DNA of 64,000 nucleotides from the IMG/VR virus record IMGVR_UViG_3300025270_000009, positions 1 through 64,000 of that record; one strand, written 5' to 3'. The stretch's first letter is position 1. Each line of letters opens with the position of its first letter. The notes under the pieces were generated by a model. That model worked only from the letters and a program-made list of their open reading frames with translations, made no database searches and was not told the origin of the DNA. Of this stretch, positions 38,740 to 48,776 are shown one piece after another. The translations under genes were made by a program, and so were the position numbers. Source of the DNA: a virus (lineage: Duplodnaviria > Caudoviricetes).

Positions 38740-41700
38740 TACTTAATACCTCTAATCGTTTCTCGGACCGGACCTGGCTTGCTGGCATTCTTGAGAAATA
38801 CATCAATAATCATTTTCTCACCATCCAGTCGACTTCTTGATTCCGCCTTTTTCTCGTTGCCTTCGTTATATACATTCACCTGGACATCTTGCCCAACTGG
38901 TCTCTTGCTTGCAGCTTGTTCAGAATTTGTAACCGTTACCGGAATCGTTCTTCCGTCAGGTAGTGGCACGTATGCCTCTGGCATTCTTCCCTCGCCAAAT
39001 AAAGCGAGTTGCGGTGAATTCGCTATTCCTCCATTGGCGTAAGCGTTAAGCGGTGCACGACCGTGATCTGTCATAATGCCACCCTTAGCGAATTTATTGG
39101 GTATAGCCGGCATATCAAAATTCATATTGCTAGCCTGACTTTGCACTCCGCCTGATATTTGACCGCCACCACCGGCTCCCCAACCAAAAGCGTTCATCAT
39201 TGGTTGAATTACGTACTTCATTAAGATCATTTTTGCGATGACTTTGTTTAGCGATTTAAGGACACCTTTAGCCCAGTCATCCCATGAACCACTGCTTCCG
39301 GTTAGCATATTAGCCATAGAGTCGGCAAAGCTCTCCAGGCCATTAACCTGTACTGACTTAATGTTTTTCTCAAAGTCTTTCCATGAATTTATCATCTGAT
39401 GGAGCTCGTTTTGCTCCATCTTTTGAGCTTTAGCTAGGTCAGTATAAAGAGTTTTGGTCTTCTGAAGTCCTGTTATAATTCTCTCTTGTTGAGTGGATAG
39501 AAAACCTTTAACTCTAGCCTCTTCTTTAACTCTGGCTATAGCCTGGTCGATCATGCCTATCTCTCGCGTGTATCTTTCGCCTGTCTCGCGTCCGACGTTA
39601 TTTATCTGCTTTTGAAGCTTCTTGTTTTTGTCAGTGATAAGCTCAATGCTATTAGCAAAATCAGCGCTGTACGCTTGCTCCTGCATATCTATTAGGTCTT
39701 GCAAGCTCACGCCCATGTCAACAAGACTTAAGCCGAGAGCGTCCGTTTCAGCCGCTACACCGGCGAATGAGCCTGACAAGTTCGAGGCGACCAGTTGAGA
39801 CTTAAGCCCGGCTTTCTCCAGTCGGTCATTTATCTTCCCAAGATCCGCCTCAAAGGACTTCAGGTTTTTGTTGCTGAAAAAGTCATTGTCTAGGTTGGAA
39901 AGTGTATCTTCAGCCTTAAGACCTAAACGGTCGTACTTAACGCCTAACGTACCAATTAAGTCGCCCGTTTTTTCGAGACCTCTTTGTGTCTTGTAAAGCT
40001 TTTCAGTATTTGCCATTTCAGCAAAGATTTTCTCAAGCTCTTCCAGAGACTCTTTCATGCGGTCGTTCTCACGGACAGATTCAGGTAGAGAGTTAACGTA
40101 TGCCTGAAAAGGAGTGGCGTTTTCCATCTTAACCTGTAGCTCGTCTATATGACCTCTTACGGTGCTAACCTTGCCCTCAACTTTTGACATATAGTTACTT
40201 AAGGTGTTTAGCGTTGGATCAACCGGCTCATCCATGTTCTGAAGACGCTCACGTTCGTCGCCCATTCTCTCAAGCTCATCATTAAGCGCTTTGAGAACAG
40301 CTTCGTACTCTTCCTCATTCAGATCGCTTCTTCCGGCGTCGTATTCTTTTTTGAAGGTTTTAACTCGTTTTGTAAAAAGCTCCATCAAGCTTGCCTGACG
40401 CTCGATTTTTATAGCTTGAGAGGCGCCAAAAAATTCATCCTGAGTAATCTCAGAGCCGGGTGCGTTGTAAAGCTTGTTTAGCTCTTCAAGCGCCTCCGCA
40501 AAGCCGCTGCGAACCTTGTCAGTATTCGACTTGAAGTTATCCACTATTCTGCCTGACACCGACTCTGCTGAGCGCTCTATGGCAGAGTTTAAATTTGTAT
40601 CGATTCTGTACTCAAGCTCTTTAATTGCTTGTTCTGCATTTGTTATGTTTTGCTCGAGCATTTCCCTGTGAGAGCCGTCCGTGTCGTACCCTTGAGTTAC
40701 GCCGTTTTCAAATGTATCAAGCGCTTGCCTTGCCTTTTCAAGATTTATCTTTTCCTCTTCAAGCTGCTCCCTGGCCCTCTCTATTTCGTCCATTCCTATT
40801 AGGGCGTCCGGGTTTCTCAGAGTTTTAAGTAGGCGCTCCGTTTCTTTGTTGGCGGTTATCATTTTCTCGATATACATGATGATGCCGCTTATCGCAATGC
40901 CGCCCATTATTCCGCCGAACATTCTCATTGCGCCGCCCAGGGCTCTTTTGGCTACGGCCATTTTCTGAGTAGCCCGGCGTTGTCTTTCAATGACGGCTGC
41001 GCCCTGAGCCAACTGCTCGACATGAGCCCTTTGAGCTCTTGTAAGGGCTTGGGTTTTAGTCTTCATCGCGCCTATAGCGACCATGTGAGCTCGGTACCCT
41101 TTACTGGCAGCTGCCATGTGACGGTTGATTATGGCCTGATCTTTAATGGTCGTTTGAGACATGGCTTTCTTAGCTGCAGCCAGGCGTCTAACCGCGACAA
41201 TCTGACGCTTTATTTTTTGAGTGGCAGACTGATAGCCAGACCCGACACTCTTTATGCCAGATGTCATCACGTTGAACACTTTCTTACCGGCGTACAACAT
41301 GAATACGGTTTTTATAACCTCACCGTACTCATAAGCGGTCTGTGTCAGAGTAGACATTAACTTAATAACGCCTTCTAAAAACTGACCAAAGGTTCGGGCC
41401 CACTCTTTAGCCTCGCTACTCTCAAGAAACTCAAGAAACTCTCTCATTTCGCTTTTTAGAGTGTCGAAGTAACCGGCTTCATTCAACTCTTTCATTAGAA
41501 TGGTGAACTGGGTTTTTATGCGTGACTTGAGACCGTCGTAGGTTGTCATCAGGGCATCGGCCGAACCTTCAGCGTCAATTATCATTTCTCTTGCCATTTC
41601 TTTCATGGCTGATTGAGCGGCAACTTTACCTTCAGAGACAAGTTTCACAAATTCGGCATACGTCATGGATAATGAACGAGCTGCTAGTTTTGCAGCATTT

Positions 41701-42308
41701 GGCACTGCTTCACCAAGCTGCTGTCTCAGCTCCTCCATTGATATCACGCCTTTGCCTCCCATTTGCAGAATGGCAACTGAAGCACGTTTTAACATTTCCG
41801 AGCTGCCGCCAAACTGCGAAACGGACTCAGTAAGTCCTTTAAATAGAAGGTTCGCGTCTTTTCCGACGCCAGTGTTTAATTTTACCAAACTATCTTGAAG
41901 TGTATTGAACTCAAACGGCAGCTGCTTTGCTTTTTGGAGAAGTCCGTCCACCTGAGCTTTTGCATTTTCCATGCGCTCCATTCGGGTGGCGCCTTCACTG
42001 AAGTTCGACATGATTACTGTCGATCTTTCTAGCTCAGCATTGGTAGAGGCAATTGCGTCATTCCACCCCCAGGTCATGTTAATCAGATCCGGCATGAAGT
42101 AACGGAATGAGGCGCCGATTACGGACACGTCTCTTAGCACTGAGAGCCAGGACTTCTGAGTTCTGGTATTTCTCTTTACGGCTTTGTCCAGGCCATAAAC
42201 AGACTCACTCATTTTGTCCGTGGTACGCTGAAAACGGCGGATCTTCGCCTCACCGTTGTTATCGTCAAAGTCTAGGTCTAAAACCAACCGTTCCCGTGTC
42301 GTACTCAT
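38739..42308 (-). CDS. Tape measure protein
   Basis: QMGGKGVISMEELRQQLGEAVP tape-measure domain; C-terminal FAKGG/FGEG..PEAYVPL. Confidence 0.93.
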   Translation of the reverse strand: MSTTRERLVLDLDFDDNNGEAKIRRFQRTTDKMSESVYGLDKAVKRNTRTQKSWLSVLRDVSVIGASFRYFMPDLINMTWGWNDAIASTNAELERSTVIMSNFSEGATRMERMENAKAQVDGLLQKAKQLPFEFNTLQDSLVKLNTGVGKDANLLFKGLTESVSQFGGSSEMLKRASVAILQMGGKGVISMEELRQQLGEAVPNAAKLAARSLSMTYAEFVKLVSEGKVAAQSAMKEMAREMIIDAEGSADALMTTYDGLKSRIKTQFTILMKELNEAGYFDTLKSEMREFLEFLESSEAKEWARTFGQFLEGVIKLMSTLTQTAYEYGEVIKTVFMLYAGKKVFNVMTSGIKSVGSGYQSATQKIKRQIVAVRRLAAAKKAMSQTTIKDQAIINRHMAAASKGYRAHMVAIGAMKTKTQALTRAQRAHVEQLAQGAAVIERQRRATQKMAVAKRALGGAMRMFGGIMGGIAISGIIMYIEKMITANKETERLLKTLRNPDALIGMDEIERAREQLEEEKINLEKARQALDTFENGVTQGYDTDGSHREMLEQNITNAEQAIKELEYRIDTNLNSAIERSAESVSGRIVDNFKSNTDKVRSGFAEALEELNKLYNAPGSEITQDEFFGASQAIKIERQASLMELFTKRVKTFKKEYDAGRSDLNEEEYEAVLKALNDELERMGDERERLQNMDEPVDPTLNTLSNYMSKVEGKVSTVRGHIDELQVKMENATPFQAYVNSLPESVRENDRMKESLEELEKIFAEMANTEKLYKTQRGLEKTGDLIGTLGVKYDRLGLKAEDTLSNLDNDFFSNKNLKSFEADLGKINDRLEKAGLKSQLVASNLSGSFAGVAAETDALGLSLVDMGVSLQDLIDMQEQAYSADFANSIELITDKNKKLQKQINNVGRETGERYTREIGMIDQAIARVKEEARVKGFLSTQQERIITGLQKTKTLYTDLAKAQKMEQNELHQMINSWKDFEKNIKSVQVNGLESFADSMANMLTGSSGSWDDWAKGVLKSLNKVIAKMILMKYVIQPMMNAFGWGAGGGGQISGGVQSQASNMNFDMPAIPNKFAKGGIMTDHGRAPLNAYANGGIANSPQLALFGEGRMPEAYVPLPDGRTIPVTVTNSEQAASKRPVGQDVQVNVYNEGNEKKAESRSRLDGEKMIIDVFLKNASKPGPVRETIRGIK

Positions 42309-42316
42309 CTATTACC

Positions 42317-42673
42317 TCACTGCAGTCTCTTAAGTCGCTCAATCGATTTCTTGCTGGTTTTTACGTGCTCGACAAACTCTTTCTCAATCACTCCACTCAT
42401 AGAGCTCTCAAGCTCTTCTGAAATGGATTTGACGCCGTCTTGAGAGTGTACTGCTCCAGCTACCTTCAGCGCTCTCATATCTTCCTCAGCACGTACTGCG
42501 TCTATATGCTTGTTCATCGCCCAAAAAAGCTTGATTCTCATGTTCAGAATCTCTTCCGGAGAGACGCCGTAAAAACGACAAAAGCGAGAGAAGAGAAAGC
42601 CGAAACTTACCCGGCTAACTCTCCAACTCGCCTGTTGTTCTTCGTCAAGCTCTTCCGGGCTTACGGCTTTTCC
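42317..42673 (-). CDS. Tail assembly chaperone gpT portion, reached by -1 frameshift
   Basis: The -1 frame is open from the slippery site G GAA AAG (42673-42667) through ...FGFLFSRFCRFYGVSPEEILNMRIKLFW... to the stop at 42317. Confidence 0.8.
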   Translation of the reverse strand, partial: GKAVSPEELDEEQQASWRVSRVSFGFLFSRFCRFYGVSPEEILNMRIKLFWAMNKHIDAVRAEEDMRALKVAGAVHSQDGVKSISEELESSMSGVIEKEFVEHVKTSKKSIERLKRLQ

Positions 42674-42999
42674 GGCTCTTCACCTTCTTCAGCGGCAGAA
42701 TTTGCTTGAGTCAGCCAAGTCATTAATGCAAACAGCTGCTTCGGCTTGAGCCCTTTCAGCTTCTCTTCGGGGCAAGTTGGAATTGAACGAGAAATTGCCT
42801 CAATCATCTTGAGCATCACTTCGTCCTCACCAATGTTTTCTTCTTCATTGGCTTTTGCCGCTTCTTTTTCTTCTCGAATCAATGTGATGTACTCACCAAC
42901 ACTTGACTCGACAACTGGGTATTCTTCGCCACCGATTTTCACGGCACGCTCTTCTTGCGCGATTTCGTCTAAGTCGAACAGGTCAACTTTGTTACTCAT
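42661..42999 (-). CDS. Tail assembly chaperone gpG
   Basis: Lies between the tail tube and tape measure genes; ends in a slippery site. Confidence 0.82.
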   Translation of the reverse strand: MSNKVDLFDLDEIAQEERAVKIGGEEYPVVESSVGEYITLIREEKEAAKANEEENIGEDEVMLKMIEAISRSIPTCPEEKLKGLKPKQLFALMTWLTQANSAAEEGEEPEKP

Positions 43000-43065
43000 G
43001 CTTCACCTATTGCTGATTGATTAAAATAATTAAGTGGCTACGTATGTAGCCACTTAGATACTAAC

Positions 43066-43614
43066 TTAAGGAGTAGTTTCTGTTGCTGTTGGGTCACCAA
43101 CGCTGAAGAGCTTGCCTTCGGCATTCGGATAACCTTTAAACTCAGCATTAAACACTCGTTCGTCGTCTTTCTTGAAAGAGTATTCCATGCCACCCGGCGT
43201 TGACGCCTTAAAGATTGTAAAGTCTTGCGACTTATCTTCGTCAGGTAAGTCAATTGGGTGCAGAGTTAATGGTTTAGCTGACTTAACCAAGTCCTTGCCA
43301 ATGCCAGTGTCGACGTCAACACGTTTCTTGGTTTCGTCAGTTGCGTCAGTTACCAAAGTAGCGCCTGGCATTAGCGCGACAAGGTTTTCCAAAGTGGTTT
43401 CGGCAAACCGAGCCGATACGCTCACGTTACGACCTTGAATGAACTCTTTAACAACCGTGTCACCGTATTGGTCTACAGTTGTCTCACGAGTTGTGGTTGT
43501 CACGCTAACGTCTACACCACCAATCGTTAGACCCATATCATTGCCGTCGAGCATTACCTTACAGGTGCCCAACTGAATGTTTTCAATGTTCCCGTTTTGT
43601 GTTCCTGTTGGCAT
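43066..43614 (-). CDS. Major tail (tube) protein
   Basis: Synteny, size, and the G.T.GGV beta-rich pattern. Confidence 0.8.
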   Translation of the reverse strand: MPTGTQNGNIENIQLGTCKVMLDGNDMGLTIGGVDVSVTTTTRETTVDQYGDTVVKEFIQGRNVSVSARFAETTLENLVALMPGATLVTDATDETKKRVDVDTGIGKDLVKSAKPLTLHPIDLPDEDKSQDFTIFKASTPGGMEYSFKKDDERVFNAEFKGYPNAEGKLFSVGDPTATETTP

Positions 43615-43616
43615 TA

Positions 43617-44027
43617 TTACCCCCTGTTGACAAACACAATCTTAAAATTCGTACTAAATTCATAAGCTGAACTTTTGTTCTTGCGGTACTGAACCGGCAA
43701 GTGCTTCGGCTTACACTTTTTAATAAGTACGTCTTCATTTCCCAAGTTCGCAAAATCAAGTGACTTAACGATCTTGTTAGCCAGCTCGTTACCGGGCTGG
43801 ATTCTTTTTGAGGCGACTATTACTTGAACCTCTGTCTTGTAGTAACCCGGAAGCTCTTCATCGTGAGTTACCGGGTCCATGTCAGGCATAACTGCCACCA
43901 CAGTTTCGCTATCACTTGGGATTTGAGGCAGTTGCCGCTCGAATACTTTTGGCAGACCGTTGTTCACGTTAAAAGAGGCGCATATACCCTCTGATACCAG
44001 TCTTTGAGAAATAATCTCTAAGTACAT
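43617..44027 (-). CDS. Tail terminator-like protein
   Basis: Synteny and size. Confidence 0.6.
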   Translation of the reverse strand: MYLEIISQRLVSEGICASFNVNNGLPKVFERQLPQIPSDSETVVAVMPDMDPVTHDEELPGYYKTEVQVIVASKRIQPGNELANKIVKSLDFANLGNEDVLIKKCKPKHLPVQYRKNKSSAYEFSTNFKIVFVNRG

Positions 44028-44482
44028 TAAAATGCCCCCTTAAGAATAGAGCGGACCCTGCTAACTATCTCTTCTCTCTGCCCTCTGTAGGCTCGATCCA
44101 TAAATTTAGGGCCAACGTTCACCCCAAGCCTTTCCTGCTTCTCTTTTGACTTGGGACCAAGCTCGTAGTCTCTGTTCTCGTGAAGCCAAACTAGGTACTC
44201 GCCAACCATAGAGTCTTGTTTAAGCGCTATGTGAGTCTCATCGACAAATACCGAGTAAACGTTTCTTTTGAAAGGCGCTCTTTCAATGTGAACCTGAATG
44301 GCCTCTGTCATATCCCCGTCATCTACCGGGACGAACATTTGCGCTCTATCTCTTATTTGATAGATTCCGTTTTCCAGTTCGCGATTGATTTTCTGGCCTG
44401 TTTCTTTGTAGCCGTTCATGATGCGCTTGTTAAAGCGAGAAAGTTTCGCGCTGAAATTCGATACGTTTCTTACCCCTGCCAT
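44027..44482 (-). CDS. HK97 gp10-like tail completion protein
   Basis: VPVDDG, WLHE, GPKFMDRA. Confidence 0.7.
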   Translation of the reverse strand: MAGVRNVSNFSAKLSRFNKRIMNGYKETGQKINRELENGIYQIRDRAQMFVPVDDGDMTEAIQVHIERAPFKRNVYSVFVDETHIALKQDSMVGEYLVWLHENRDYELGPKSKEKQERLGVNVGPKFMDRAYRGQREEIVSRVRSILKGAF

Positions 44483-44817
44483 AACTTACAGGTCGCCTCG
44501 TAATGGTCTATTTTTCCGCTTATATCTCTCATGGGTCGCATTTCAGCAACCTCATGCTTTTGAAACTCGCCTTCTATCTGAACTACCGAGTCAGGTCTAG
44601 CTTCGGTGCTTGGGCTTAATTGAACCAGGTACTCTCCGGTTTTTATCTCACCTCGACCTCTCGAGCTAGATGCGTCCGCTCTGATGGAGCTAATGCTCTT
44701 GCCAGATCTGCCGCTCAATGGCGTGCATATTTCTCCGCCTATCTTCACCAATTCTTTCTCTGCATAACGATTCAAATCGTAAGAGTAGATAGTGATCGGT
44801 GTATTCCCCTTAAACAT
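44470..44817 (-). CDS. Head closure protein
   Basis: Synteny and size. Confidence 0.55.
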   Translation of the reverse strand: MFKGNTPITIYSYDLNRYAEKELVKIGGEICTPLSGRSGKSISSIRADASSSRGRGEIKTGEYLVQLSPSTEARPDSVVQIEGEFQKHEVAEMRPMRDISGKIDHYEATCKLWQG

Positions 44818-44855
44818 AGCCTTATTTTCCTCTCTGGCGTTATGTATGTCAACGT

Positions 44856-45404
44856 TTAGATATATGGAGAGAAAGAGGCGGACGTTCTTGGGTGATAAGC
44901 TCCATCGCTTTTCACAGAATCAATCAAACCGTTCAGTGTTTTTGCTCTGTAAACCTCAGAACGTCCGTTGTGTCTTACTTCTACCGAGCCCTTGCCGAGC
45001 TCATAGGCGTAAGATATTTCGGCAAGATTGACAGCCTCCGACGCTACCAGTGCAATCATGTCTTCAAACAGCCGCTTGTTGCGACCGTCTGTCACTCTTC
45101 CGGTGAAACTGATTGAGCTTTCGGAGAAGTTTCTCTTGCTCATAGTGACAAACAGTTCATTTGCCAGTTGCTTTACATACTTGCCCGACTCTCTAATGAA
45201 AAACTCTCTTTCTTTGCTGGCATCGTAACCGGGTAGTCTGCTAGAGACGATCAGGTCAAAAGCTGAAACTAAACTGAAAGACGCTGAGTCAGAAAGTTTT
45301 GATGAAAGAACCCGAAAATTCTTTTCACCTCTGTGCTTTGACAATGCCCCCAAGAAAGAAAGCCTAGTTGCGTATGCAATAGGCTTTATCTTTTCCGCTT
45401 TCAT
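44856..45404 (-). CDS. Hypothetical virion morphogenesis protein
   Basis: Coupled ORF within the head-tail block. Confidence 0.5.
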   Translation of the reverse strand: MKAEKIKPIAYATRLSFLGALSKHRGEKNFRVLSSKLSDSASFSLVSAFDLIVSSRLPGYDASKEREFFIRESGKYVKQLANELFVTMSKRNFSESSISFTGRVTDGRNKRLFEDMIALVASEAVNLAEISYAYELGKGSVEVRHNGRSEVYRAKTLNGLIDSVKSDGAYHPRTSASFSPYI

Positions 45405-46135
45405 CGCGTCACCACAACCGAGTTATCAATATATCGAGCTATGTAACGCCAAGCTCTTTTGTGGATCATGTTGTCCACCGGCTTCGAGCGAAAGAATGTC
45501 GTTGACGATTCACCAACTGTTTTCGAGAAAACCCCGGACTCTCGCAGCTCTTCATTAGGGTCTTCCTGCAAAAGAATGCTTGCCTGGATTAACTGAGCCT
45601 TTCTGAAGTCATCTATTACAACGTCGGGCACCACTTTCCAATCAACAAGGCTAGGAACGCTATGGCCAAATATGCCTTTGTTCAACGGGAATCGAGTTAT
45701 CATGTCGTAACTCTCCATTAAAGCTGTAATTAGCTCGCCACGGTTTCCGTTGAAGTTTATCTTTGTCAGTCTAGGTATTAGCGACAACGCCTTGTTAAAG
45801 CTCATAAATGAGTTTGAAAAGGGCTGTAGCCGCTGCTCTCTGACAACAAAGTAGTAAACAGTGTTTCGGTAAGTGTTGCCGTCTACACCTGTCATAATGA
45901 GAGATACCGCTCTCACGGATGCACCGGCTGAATCTGACAGCGCGTTGTTTTCCGCATTGACGGTTAATTGTAGTGGCGATGAAAATTCAGAAACGGTGCC
46001 AGTTTGAAGAACCTGATCTTCGTCATCAGTAACCTCATACTCGGCACTAGCTACATCGACAGGCTCACCCTCTTCGGTTTTAAAATCGATTTGAACGTGA
46101 ACGTCATTGTTCTGCAAAAAGCTTTTCATCACCAC
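45401..46135 (-). CDS. Head-tail adaptor protein
   Basis: C-terminal VP...KAQ..QA...SKTVGESS pattern; synteny. Confidence 0.6.
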   Translation of the reverse strand: MVMKSFLQNNDVHVQIDFKTEEGEPVDVASAEYEVTDDEDQVLQTGTVSEFSSPLQLTVNAENNALSDSAGASVRAVSLIMTGVDGNTYRNTVYYFVVREQRLQPFSNSFMSFNKALSLIPRLTKINFNGNRGELITALMESYDMITRFPLNKGIFGHSVPSLVDWKVVPDVVIDDFRKAQLIQASILLQEDPNEELRESGVFSKTVGESSTTFFRSKPVDNMIHKRAWRYIARYIDNSVVVTR

Positions 46136-46142
46136 CTCTCAA

Positions 46143-46769
46143 TTAGACTTTGAGTAATTTTTCAATCAACTCTTCGATGCTCTTTGCAGAAACATCGTGC
46201 TTTTCACCGATTTCGCGTAGGCCTTTAATGCCACGGTCGTCAGCTACAGACTCAAGGTACTCGCGGGTGTACTTATCGCCGCCGTCTTCCGTACCTTCAA
46301 TGCCTTCTACAGAAGAGCTATCTTCTGCACCTTCAGCACCGTCTTCCGGGTTCGCACCTTCCTGCTCGCCGTCTTCTGAGCCCGTTGGGTTGTTGGTTTC
46401 AGTTTTGTCTTCATCACCAACATCTGCGTCAGCTGAACTCAGGTCTTCAGAGTCTTCACCTTCAGGGGTATTATCTGAATCACCGCCACCAGGATTGTCG
46501 GAGTTGTCAGGGTTGCCGTCTTCACCTGATTCCGCGTCAGTTTTTTCTTTCGCTTGTGCTTCACGCTTGGCATGAGACTCGCGTGAATAATAAGTAACTG
46601 GCGAGATTTCGTTACCATCATCGTCAGTAATGGGCATTGAAGCGCCGATACGTATGGCTTCTTGAATGCTCATCAAGTCAACAGAGCGGCCTTCTTTGAA
46701 CTCAACCATGCCAATCATGCCGGTGTATCGCTCTAAGCCTTTCTGTTTAATTCGAATATGTAGTGCCAT
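46143..46769 (-). CDS. Hypothetical protein with long acidic linker and small C-terminal helical domain
   Basis: Follows the capsid gene; D/E/G/S-rich middle section. Confidence 0.6.
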   Translation of the reverse strand: MALHIRIKQKGLERYTGMIGMVEFKEGRSVDLMSIQEAIRIGASMPITDDDGNEISPVTYYSRESHAKREAQAKEKTDAESGEDGNPDNSDNPGGGDSDNTPEGEDSEDLSSADADVGDEDKTETNNPTGSEDGEQEGANPEDGAEGAEDSSSVEGIEGTEDGGDKYTREYLESVADDRGIKGLREIGEKHDVSAKSIEELIEKLLKV

Positions 46770-46793
46770 TAAACACCTCCAGTAAAAACGGAA

Positions 46794-46816
46794 AAGTGGG
46801 GCAAAAGCCCCACTTT
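46794..46816 (-). terminator. Terminator after the capsid gene
   Basis: AAAGTGGGGC-AAAA-GCCCCACTTT. Confidence 0.7.
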
Positions 46817-46827
46817 AATGCCAGCTA

Positions 46828-47721
46828 TTAGCTAGCGATAACACCTTCAACCGCAGATACCGCTTTAGTGCTCTTAAGAGCCATGCCGCAGTACATTTTG
46901 ATACGAGTACGAGTCGCATCGCGGTTTTGAACGGTACCAAGATCTTCCAGTACGAAACCGGCTGTACCTTGACCACCATACAGACCGTGTAGGCCGCTAG
47001 CTTCGTCAAAGTTGACCGCGTAAAGCTTAGAAGTCTTGTCAGATGTACCTTTCGCTTCGGTTTCGATTTTGTCATTCACCATGATTGGAACACCGTCGTG
47101 AGAAGGCATTGTCAATCCGCTTGGCAACGTGACAAAGTCAGGAGTTGTGCCGCCCAGTGAGCGCAACAACGCCTTGTAAGCGCGGTACATATCTTTACGC
47201 ATCAGGATTGCGTCAGCACCTAATTCACAAGCGTCAAGTAGCTCATCGAGCATTGACAGTGAAAGTGCATTACCGTCCGCTGCTGTGGTGATGGTTTGTG
47301 CGCTAGGCACCAAGTTCTTCAGACCGTTGAACTGCTTGTTAGCGGTAGAACCGTTAACCAGTGCGTCACGGAACTGCATAGACATACCCTTCACCTTGGA
47401 GGCGATCTGGATAGCCTTCTGGCTGTTCGCATCAGACTGAACGTTGTTCAGGAATTTGTCGACGTCTACGTCACCGATCAAGATACGCAGTTTAGTAGTG
47501 ATCTCGTCGAACGTGCTCGCGCTTTCGTTGACGTCCTGGTTAGGGTCTAACCAGTCACCTTGCGCCAAGGTTTTCTCACGGTTGTAAACGTAAGCTTTAC
47601 CTTCTGTTTCCGCAAAAGGCAGCATTTCAAATAAGTTATCCGTCTGGATGAACTCTTCGATTACGCCGCGAACCAAGTCGTTTTCTGACAGTTTCGCCGC
47701 TTCTTGTGCTAGTAATGGCAT
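46828..47721 (-). CDS. Major capsid protein (HK97 fold)
   Basis: LPF...G.AY.YNRE, GDVDVDKF, FNGL, LDELLD; follows the scaffold gene. Confidence 0.9.
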   Translation of the reverse strand: MPLLAQEAAKLSENDLVRGVIEEFIQTDNLFEMLPFAETEGKAYVYNREKTLAQGDWLDPNQDVNESASTFDEITTKLRILIGDVDVDKFLNNVQSDANSQKAIQIASKVKGMSMQFRDALVNGSTANKQFNGLKNLVPSAQTITTAADGNALSLSMLDELLDACELGADAILMRKDMYRAYKALLRSLGGTTPDFVTLPSGLTMPSHDGVPIMVNDKIETEAKGTSDKTSKLYAVNFDEASGLHGLYGGQGTAGFVLEDLGTVQNRDATRTRIKMYCGMALKSTKAVSAVEGVIAS

Positions 47722-47751
47722 CTAACTTACCTCTTTATTAAAAGTGAAAGG

Positions 47752-47769
47752 TATCTCAGCGATGAGATA
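47752..47769. promoter_or_regulatory. Perfect copy of the dispersed 18-bp operator TATCTCA-N4-TGAGATA
   Basis: TATCTCA-GCGA-TGAGATA upstream of the capsid gene; about 17 near-matches at other intergenic sites (see findings). Confidence 0.75.
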
Positions 47770-47791
47770 CCTGTTTGCTCACAAAATTGGG

Positions 47792-48706
47792 TTAGCCGCC
47801 CTGACTGTCCAAGCCAGCTCGGATACGGTCAACCCCTTTACCAACGGTCTTCTTAGCTCGACCGTTACTCTCTTTGGAATCAGAGCCTTCTTTAACCTTT
47901 GAACGCAAGATTGTGTCTTTGTCCGGGTCCGCCTCAATGATGCGCTGCAGGGCAACGTCGAAAGAGGCAGGGTCGCCGTTCTTATCAACAATCTTCGTGC
48001 GGTCTTTGGCTCCTGATGGTTTGTCGTAAGCAACCATTTTTCCATCTTCACCGACCTCAAAGTGGTCACCGTAAATCTTCTGAGTCTTCTGAGGAGAAGG
48101 TACCAGGTTTTCACGGATGAACTGGCTTTGGCCAAACTGTGAATCAACAACAAGAGATTTAAGCTGTGTATCGCGATCACCAAGTTGAGACTGCAATTCT
48201 TCAATGGTGGATGTCAGCTCACTAATTTTCTCATTAGCTTCGCTCTCAACCTGCTCAACACGACTGTCAGCTTCAGCGCGAATTGTCTGTTCAAGCTCTT
48301 CATAGTTGCCTTCTTCAGCCAACTTACGCTTTTCACCTTCTTTCTGTTGAGACATAAGCTCTTGATACTGCTCAAGGTCGATGCCTTCAAACTTGCTGTT
48401 CAGCTCTTCAAGCTTGCTTTCAAGTTCTTGACGCTGAGTGCTCGCTTCTTCTAGCTGACCGCTTAGCTCTTTAATCTTTTCCTTGCGAGACATCGACTCT
48501 TTTAGAAGCTGACGTTTTTCAGGGTCCATGCCCTTGTCGTCATCACCTTCTTTACCGCCGTTGTCACCGCCTTCGTTGCCGCTGCCGCCTTCATCGCCGC
48601 CGTCGCTGCCGTTATCTTGGCCACCACCACCGGCTCCGCCGCCTTCGGCTCCTACTTGATCTTGAACTAATGTGCGATTAGCCATAAGTTTCTGGAAAAA
48701 TGTCAT
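47792..48706 (-). CDS. Capsid scaffolding protein
   Basis: Gly-rich N-terminus, long coiled coil, between portal and capsid genes. Confidence 0.8.
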   Translation of the reverse strand: MTFFQKLMANRTLVQDQVGAEGGGAGGGGQDNGSDGGDEGGSGNEGGDNGGKEGDDDKGMDPEKRQLLKESMSRKEKIKELSGQLEEASTQRQELESKLEELNSKFEGIDLEQYQELMSQQKEGEKRKLAEEGNYEELEQTIRAEADSRVEQVESEANEKISELTSTIEELQSQLGDRDTQLKSLVVDSQFGQSQFIRENLVPSPQKTQKIYGDHFEVGEDGKMVAYDKPSGAKDRTKIVDKNGDPASFDVALQRIIEADPDKDTILRSKVKEGSDSKESNGRAKKTVGKGVDRIRAGLDSQGG

Positions 48707-48776
48707 TGCTACTTACTCCTTCCAACGGTTTCTTGTTGGGTTAAAAAAAATAAACGCCATTCTCTCGGCAAAACTA

